This document shows, in pieces, positions 58,637-64,000 of a stretch of DNA of 64,000 nt. Where the stretch lies: the NCBI GenBank assembly GCA_033762915.1, contig JANRLD010000053.1, positions 64,001 to 128,000 on the forward strand, given 5' to 3'. The position numbers and the translations under genes were made by a program. Numbering within the stretch: position 1 is the stretch's first letter; each line of letters starts with the position of its first letter. The DNA comes from Meiothermus sp. (GTDB lineage: Bacteria > Deinococcota > Deinococci > Deinococcales > Thermaceae). The notes below the pieces were generated by a model. It did not search any database. It saw only the letters and a program-made list of their open reading frames with translations, and was not told the DNA's origin.

Positions 58637-59536
58637 TCAGATGTGGGTCGGCATCTGCGACCGGGCCAGCAGGTCTTGGGCCTGGTTCTTGGCCTTCACC
58701 ACGTCGTCCTGGTATTTAAGCAACACGCCCAGGCTGTCCTCGATCATCGGCACGCCCAGCTCAACAGCGTCCAAGGCCATAAGGGACGAGGCCCAGTCCA
58801 GCGTCTCGGCCACGCCGGGGGCCTTGTACAAGTCCTGTTGGCGGAGCTGCTGGACGAACATCACGATCTGCTGGGCCAGCTTTTCGGGCACGCCGGGGAC
58901 TTTTTCGCGGACAATTTTGTACTCCTTCTCGAAGCCGGGGTAGTCAATCCAGTAGTACATGCAGCGGCGCTTGAGGGCGTCGTGGATTTCGCGGGTGCGG
59001 TTGGAGGTGATCACCACCACCGGGGGCTGCTCGGCCTTCATTGTCCCGACTTCGGGAATGGTGATCTGCCAGTCAGAGAGAAACTCGAGCAAAAACGCCT
59101 CGAACTCCTCGTCGGCGCGGTCTAGCTCGTCAATCAGCAGTACCGGGGCCTTGCCGCCGGTGGTCTCCAGGGCCTGCAATAGCGGGCGCTTGAGCAGGAA
59201 CTCCGGGCCGAATACCTCGTGGCGCACCTTGGCCTGGTCGCGCTCGCCGCTGGCTTCCAGCAGCCGGATTTGCAGCATTTGTCTCGCGTAGTCCCACTCG
59301 TAGACGGCGCTGCTCAGGTCCAGGCCCTCGTAGCACTGGAGGCGGATCAGCCGGGTCTGGAGCAAGTCCGCCAGCACCTTGACGATCTCGGTCTTGCCTA
59401 CCCCGGGCTCGCCCTCCAGCAGCAGCGGGCGGCCCAGTTTAAGCGACAAAAAGACCGCCACCGACAGGCCCTTGTCGGCGATGTAGCGGTGCTGCTCAAG
59501 CAGCCTCTGGGTCTCCTCGACGGAGGAAGGGATCAT
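58637..59536 (-). CDS. coxD: MoxR-family AAA+ ATPase (CoxD-like)
   Basis: GEPGVGKT, RLQCYEGLD, LIDELDRADEEFEA and HDALKRRC. Confidence 0.9.
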   Translation of the reverse strand: MIPSSVEETQRLLEQHRYIADKGLSVAVFLSLKLGRPLLLEGEPGVGKTEIVKVLADLLQTRLIRLQCYEGLDLSSAVYEWDYARQMLQIRLLEASGERDQAKVRHEVFGPEFLLKRPLLQALETTGGKAPVLLIDELDRADEEFEAFLLEFLSDWQITIPEVGTMKAEQPPVVVITSNRTREIHDALKRRCMYYWIDYPGFEKEYKIVREKVPGVPEKLAQQIVMFVQQLRQQDLYKAPGVAETLDWASSLMALDAVELGVPMIEDSLGVLLKYQDDVVKAKNQAQDLLARSQMPTHI

Positions 59537-59708
59537 GGCCTCATTCTTCCACAAAAATCCGGGGCGAATGGCCTCGAGGGCCCACGAACCCACCCACTTT
59601 CCCTATTGATTCGGCACGGCGAGGGACGGATATCCATGGACTTGACAGAGGATAGGCCGACAGTCCGCCACAAACGCCCCCGCGAGGTCCAGCCCAGGAA
59701 CCCCGGGC

Positions 59709-59761
59709 GCCGGGCCACCACAACGCCAGACGCCGGGCCACCACAACGCCAGACGCCGGGC
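59709..59761. repeat. 23-bp tandem duplication
   Basis: (GCCGGGCCACCACAACGCCAGAC)x2 + GCCGGGC. Confidence 0.85.
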
Positions 59762-59819
59762 AGCCCCAAGAGGGCGCCCGGCGTTTTGCTTTTGGCGTGA
59801 GATCTGTGGCGTAGGACCG

Positions 59820-60647
59820 CTACAGCAGCTTCGTCAAGGCCCGCTTGGCCATCACGTCCACCAGGTGGGCGCGGTACTCGGCAGAGGCGGCAAGGTCGTG
59901 GTTGAGGCCATCGGACGAGACCAAGCCCTGGCAGGCGGCGGCGATGCTTTCGGCGGTCAGGGCCTGCCCGGCCAGGTTGGCCTCAAGCTTGGAGAGCCGC
60001 ATGGCGTGCGCCCCAGCCCCGGTCACGGCGGCGCGGACGCCGTTGGCGCCAGCCACCACCGCCACTCCCACCACCGCGTAGCGGCTGGCGGGGTGAGGGA
60101 ACTTCTCGTAGGCTTGCCTGCCCGCGTTGGCGGGGACATGCACCTCGGTCAGCAGCTCGCCCGAGCCCACGGCGGTCTCGAACATGCCTTTAAAGAACTC
60201 CTCGGCCCCCACCACCCGGCTGCCGCCCGAGCCCTCGATCTTCATCTTGGCCCCCAGCGCCACCATCGCGGCGGGCAGGTCGGCGGCGGGGTCGGCGTGG
60301 GCCAGCGAGCCGCCGATGGTGCCCTTGGCCCGCACCATGGGGTCGCCGATCAGGTGGATGGCGGCGGGGAGAATCGGGGCGGCCTGCTTGACCAGGTCGC
60401 TGCTCTCGATCTCGTGGTAGGTGGCGGCGGCCCCGATCACCAGGGTGTCGCCCTCGAGGCGGATGGACTTCAGCTCGGCAATCTTGGAGATGTCAATCAA
60501 GGCGCTGGGCGCCGCCAGCCGCAGCTTCATGGTGGGGATCAGGCTGTGCCCCCCCGCCAGCAGCTTGGCCTCGGGGTGCTGGGCCAGCAGCGAGAGCGCC
60601 TCGGCGACACTGCCCGCTTTCTTGTAGGCAAACTCAGATGTGTACAT
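59820..60647 (-). CDS. coxM: Mo-hydroxylase FAD subunit (CoxM/CutM-like)
   Basis: LAGGHSL.P.MK.R and GTIGGS..HADPAAD. Confidence 0.9.
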   Translation of the reverse strand: MYTSEFAYKKAGSVAEALSLLAQHPEAKLLAGGHSLIPTMKLRLAAPSALIDISKIAELKSIRLEGDTLVIGAAATYHEIESSDLVKQAAPILPAAIHLIGDPMVRAKGTIGGSLAHADPAADLPAAMVALGAKMKIEGSGGSRVVGAEEFFKGMFETAVGSGELLTEVHVPANAGRQAYEKFPHPASRYAVVGVAVVAGANGVRAAVTGAGAHAMRLSKLEANLAGQALTAESIAAACQGLVSSDGLNHDLAASAEYRAHLVDVMAKRALTKLL

Positions 60648-60660
60648 TTTCCTCCTTTAT

Positions 60661-60803
60661 CCCCTCCTCCCTTGCGACCGCTTCGCGGCTTGGAGGGTTA
60701 GGGTGGAGGGGGTGAGCCGCAGGCAAATGCCTTTGATCTTCCCAGCATCGGCGAGTTCTGGGAACTCGACCCTCCTCCCAACCTCCCCCGCAAGGGGGAG
60801 GGG
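60661..60803. repeat. REP-like palindromic element
   Basis: CCCCTCCTCCCTTGCG... paired with ...CCCTCCTCCCAACCTCCCCCGCAAGGGGAGGGG. Confidence 0.55.
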
Positions 60804-60810
60804 CAAAACA

Positions 60811-63177
60811 TTAATCAGCCGCTTGGCCGACCGCCCTGGCGTCTTGGATCGCCTTCCACACCTTCTGCGGGGTGTAGGGCATGTCCAGGTGATTGATGCC
60901 GAAGGGGCGTAGGGCGTCCAACACTGCGTTGGCGACGGCGGCGGTGGAGGCGATGGTGCCAGCCTCGCCGATGCCCTTGACGCCCAGCGGGTTGTGCGGG
61001 CTGGGGGTCACGGTGTAGCCGTGCTCGAGCTGCACCATGTCGTCGGCGCGGGGCATGGTGTACTCCATGAAGTTGCCAGAGAGAATTTGACCCTCGGCGT
61101 CGTAGACGGCCTCCTCCAGGAGCGCCTGGCCCAGGCCCTGCGCGACGCCGCCGTGAACCTGACCGTCGGCAATCAGGGGGTTAATTACCGGGCCGCAGTC
61201 GTCCACCGAGAGGTATCGCTTGAGCGCGACCTTTCCGGTGTCGGGGTCCACCTCCACCACCGCGATGTGGGTGCCGAAGGGGAAGACGAAGTTCTTGGGG
61301 TCGTAGAAGTGGTTGGCCTCGAGACCGGGCTCCAGGTCGGCGGGGTAGTTGTGGGCCAGGTGGGCCATCAGCGAGATGTCGAAGAAGCTCTTGGACTTGT
61401 CCGGCACGCCCTTCACCATGAACTTGCCGCCCTCGTGAACGATGTCGTCGGGGGAGGCCTCGAGCAGGTGCGCGGCGATCTTCTTGGCCTTGTCGGTGAT
61501 CTTGCGGCTGGCCATCACGATGGCCGAGAGGCCCACCGGAGCAGACCTCGAGCCGTAAGAGCCCCAGCCGTGGGCCATGCGCCCGGTGTCGCCGTGGACG
61601 ATGGTGATGTCCTCCATCGGGATTTGCAGTTCGTCGGCAACGACCTGGGCAAAGGCTGTCTCGTGGCCCTGGCCGTGGCTGTGCGAGCCGGTGGTGACCT
61701 CGACCTTACCCGTGGCGTGGACGCGCACTAAGGCGCTCTCCCACTGCCCAGCCTGGGCGCCCAGGCTGCCCACTACCGCCGAGGGGGCCAGCCCGCAGGC
61801 CTCGAGGAAGGTAATCGCCCCGATGCCGATGTACTTGCCGTTTTTGCGGCCCTCCTCCTGCTGGCGGCGGAGTTCCTTGTAGCCGATCAGCTCCATGGCC
61901 TTTTCCATGGCCGGCTCGTAGTTGCCGGAGTCGTAGACCAGGGCGACGGGGGTCTGGTAGGGGAACTCCTCGGGCTGGATGAAGTTCTTGCGGCGGAACT
62001 CCAGCGGGTCTTCGCCCAGCTCGTGGGCCATTACGTCGGCGAGGCGCTCGAGGAGGTAGGTGGCCTCGGGGCGGCCAGCGCCGCGGTAGGCGTCCACCGG
62101 GACGGTGTGGCTAAACGGCGCGGTCACATGGACGTAGATATTGGGGGTCTTGTAGCAGCCCGCCAGCAGGGTGCCGTAGAGGTAGGTGGGCACGGCGGGG
62201 GCAAAGGTGGTCAGGTAGGCCCCCATGTTGGCGATGGTGTCCACCCGCAGGCCGATCATCTTGTGGTCCTTGTCCACGGCCAGTTCGGCCACCGTCTCGT
62301 GGTCGCGCCCGTGGCTGTCGGTCACGAAGCTCTCCGAGCGCCGCGCCGTCCACTTGACCGGCTTGTTCAGCTTCTTGGAGGCGTAGAGGACGATGATCTC
62401 TTCGGGGTACTGGTAAATCTTGCTGCCAAAACCGCCGCCCACGTCCGGCGCGATCACCCGCAGCTTGTGCTCAGGGATGCCCATGATGAAGGCAGCGATC
62501 AGCAGGCGGTGGATGTGCGGGTTCTGGCTGGTCGTCCACAGCGTGTACTCGTCTGAAGCCTTGACGTACTGGGCCAGCGAGGCCCTGGGCTCCATCGCGC
62601 TCGGGACGAGGCGCTGGTTGCGAATGTTGAGCTTGACGGTCTTGTAGGCCCCGGCGAACACCGCCTCGTTGGCGGCCTTGTCGCCCAGGCTCCAGGTAAA
62701 GCACACGTTGTCGGGGGCCTCGTCGTGAACCGAGGGGGCCCCGGCTTTGAGCGCCTCCGAGCCCAGGCTCACCGCATCAAGCGGCTCCCAATCCACCTCA
62801 ACGAGCGCGGCGGCGTCCTCGGCGATCTGGCGGCTGGTCGCCACCACGGCGGCCACGATGTCGCCCACGTGTCGGGCCTTGTCGGGCGCGATGGCGTAGT
62901 GCGGCGGGGTTTTAATGCCCGCGTGCAGCCAGCCGGTGGGAATCCCGTTGATCCCCGCGTCCTTCATCTCCTGACCGGTGATGACCGCCATTACGCCGGG
63001 CGTAGCCAGCGCCTTGGACGCGTCAATTCCCTTGATGCGGGCGTGGGCGTAGGGCGAGCGCACCATCGCCGCCTCCACCATCCCCGGCAGGGTCAGGTCA
63101 TCGGTATAGTTACCCGTCCCGGTGATGAAGCGGGGGTCCTCCACCCGCTTCACCGCTTTTCCGAACAGTTTGTCCAT
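60811..63177 (-). CDS. coxL: Mo-hydroxylase molybdopterin subunit (form II CoxL-like, xanthine dehydrogenase family)
   Basis: [17 protein letters not shown] (not the form I AYxCSFR), HGQGHET, QVHGG..QG and KGIGE. Confidence 0.9.
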   Translation of the reverse strand: MDKLFGKAVKRVEDPRFITGTGNYTDDLTLPGMVEAAMVRSPYAHARIKGIDASKALATPGVMAVITGQEMKDAGINGIPTGWLHAGIKTPPHYAIAPDKARHVGDIVAAVVATSRQIAEDAAALVEVDWEPLDAVSLGSEALKAGAPSVHDEAPDNVCFTWSLGDKAANEAVFAGAYKTVKLNIRNQRLVPSAMEPRASLAQYVKASDEYTLWTTSQNPHIHRLLIAAFIMGIPEHKLRVIAPDVGGGFGSKIYQYPEEIIVLYASKKLNKPVKWTARRSESFVTDSHGRDHETVAELAVDKDHKMIGLRVDTIANMGAYLTTFAPAVPTYLYGTLLAGCYKTPNIYVHVTAPFSHTVPVDAYRGAGRPEATYLLERLADVMAHELGEDPLEFRRKNFIQPEEFPYQTPVALVYDSGNYEPAMEKAMELIGYKELRRQQEEGRKNGKYIGIGAITFLEACGLAPSAVVGSLGAQAGQWESALVRVHATGKVEVTTGSHSHGQGHETAFAQVVADELQIPMEDITIVHGDTGRMAHGWGSYGSRSAPVGLSAIVMASRKITDKAKKIAAHLLEASPDDIVHEGGKFMVKGVPDKSKSFFDISLMAHLAHNYPADLEPGLEANHFYDPKNFVFPFGTHIAVVEVDPDTGKVALKRYLSVDDCGPVINPLIADGQVHGGVAQGLGQALLEEAVYDAEGQILSGNFMEYTMPRADDMVQLEHGYTVTPSPHNPLGVKGIGEAGTIASTAAVANAVLDALRPFGINHLDMPYTPQKVWKAIQDARAVGQAAD

Positions 63178-63284
63178 GTTGGCTCCCTTCGGTCGCTCTA
63201 TGGTTCGTACGTCGTAGGTCTTACGTCATGCGCCAAAACCTTGGGCCCGTCTTTGGCGTACGAACGACGCAAGATGTGCGACGA

Positions 63285-63779
63285 TCAGTCGGCTGCGCCG
63301 ACCTTCCCCGCCATCTTGTCCGCCGCATACTGCACGGCCTTGACGATGTTGTGGTAGCCGGTGCAGCGGCAAAGGTTGCCCTCGAGGGCGTGCCGGATCT
63401 CCCCATCCGAAGGGTTGGGGTTCTTGTTGAGCAGGTCGGCGGCGGCCATGATCATGCCGGGGGTGCAGAAGCCGCACTGGAGGCCGTGCATCTCCCAGAA
63501 GCCCTCCTGCACCGGGTGCAAGTTGCCCACACTGCCGATGCCCTCGATGGTAGTGACGCTGCCACCGTCGGCCTGTACGGCGAACATTGTGCAGCTCTTG
63601 ACTGCCTGGCCGTCCAGATGGACCGTGCAGGCCCCGCACTGGCTGGTGTCGCAGCCGACGTGGGTGCCGGTCAGGCCCAGGTGCTCGCGCAGGTAGTAGA
63701 CCAACAGGGTGCGGGGTTCCACCTCGTCGTGGTGGGTGGCCCCGTTCACGGTGATGCTGACCTTCACTTTCTCAGACAT
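63285..63779 (-). CDS. coxS: Mo-hydroxylase 2x[2Fe-2S] subunit (CoxS/CutS-like)
   Basis: [20 protein letters not shown] and CRCTGY. Confidence 0.93.
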   Translation of the reverse strand: MSEKVKVSITVNGATHHDEVEPRTLLVYYLREHLGLTGTHVGCDTSQCGACTVHLDGQAVKSCTMFAVQADGGSVTTIEGIGSVGNLHPVQEGFWEMHGLQCGFCTPGMIMAAADLLNKNPNPSDGEIRHALEGNLCRCTGYHNIVKAVQYAADKMAGKVGAAD

Positions 63780-64000
63780 TATGCCTCCTGTGAATCGCCG
63801 GAATTGCCGTTTGCCAGCGGACGCCAGGGGCGCGGGGTGGCCCGGCGTCCGTTCCCGAAAATCCGTGTATGCAACTCTGCACCGTTCACCTCGAGTCTGG
63901 ACCGCTTCGCCCGACTTGTAGCCATACCAGATAGGAACCTGAGCGACGGCAGCCCAAACCGGTTAAAGGCTGCCCTTCGAAAAACTGAAATCGTTTGTCG

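Noticed and set aside
59709..59761. 23-bp direct repeat as a possible CRISPR array
   Set aside because: Two adjacent copies with no spacer and no cas genes; a simple tandem duplication.
60811..63177. Call as a true aerobic CO dehydrogenase (form I)
   Set aside because: It has AYRGAGR rather than the Cu-binding AYxCSFR motif, and the order is S-L-M.

Overview
This is a GC-rich (roughly 65-70% by eye) bacterial chromosomal segment. Gene content (bshC, ispH, class I-type xylA, S4/YlmH protein), many apparently leaderless TAnnnT-ATG starts and very frequent CTCGAG suggest Deinococcota, probably a Meiothermus/Calidithermus-like Thermaceae (inference). Blocks in order: (1) NrtR / ADP-ribosylglycohydrolase / NadM; (2) a ~13 kb minus-strand cluster that looks like a mosaic sulfoquinovose (SQ) sulfoglycolysis pathway joined to sulfolactate desulfonation (suyAB, slcC, comC, sugar ABC, SqvD-like isomerase, YihV-like kinase, three tandem NUDIX genes, LacD/YihT-like aldolase, ilvE); (3) a lower-GC WD40-like lipoprotein between two similar palindromes; (4) gntR-sugar kinase-murQ and xylA; (5) an RNA ligase + HD-Pnk pair between two PAS-GGDEF-EAL genes; (6) ispH, S4 gene and a low-GC HNH nuclease; (7) a Pol-beta nucleotidyltransferase / low-GC HEPN-motif gene / CCA-HD enzyme triplet; (8) ftsX-envC, bshC, kynU-kynA, ABC exporter, moaC, acpP; (9) a form-II coxSLM-D-E type Mo-hydroxylase cluster. 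Several families of short intergenic repeats are present. I saw no rRNA, tRNA, CRISPR array or transposase. All family calls rest on motif recognition and recollection of family sequences, not on database searches.
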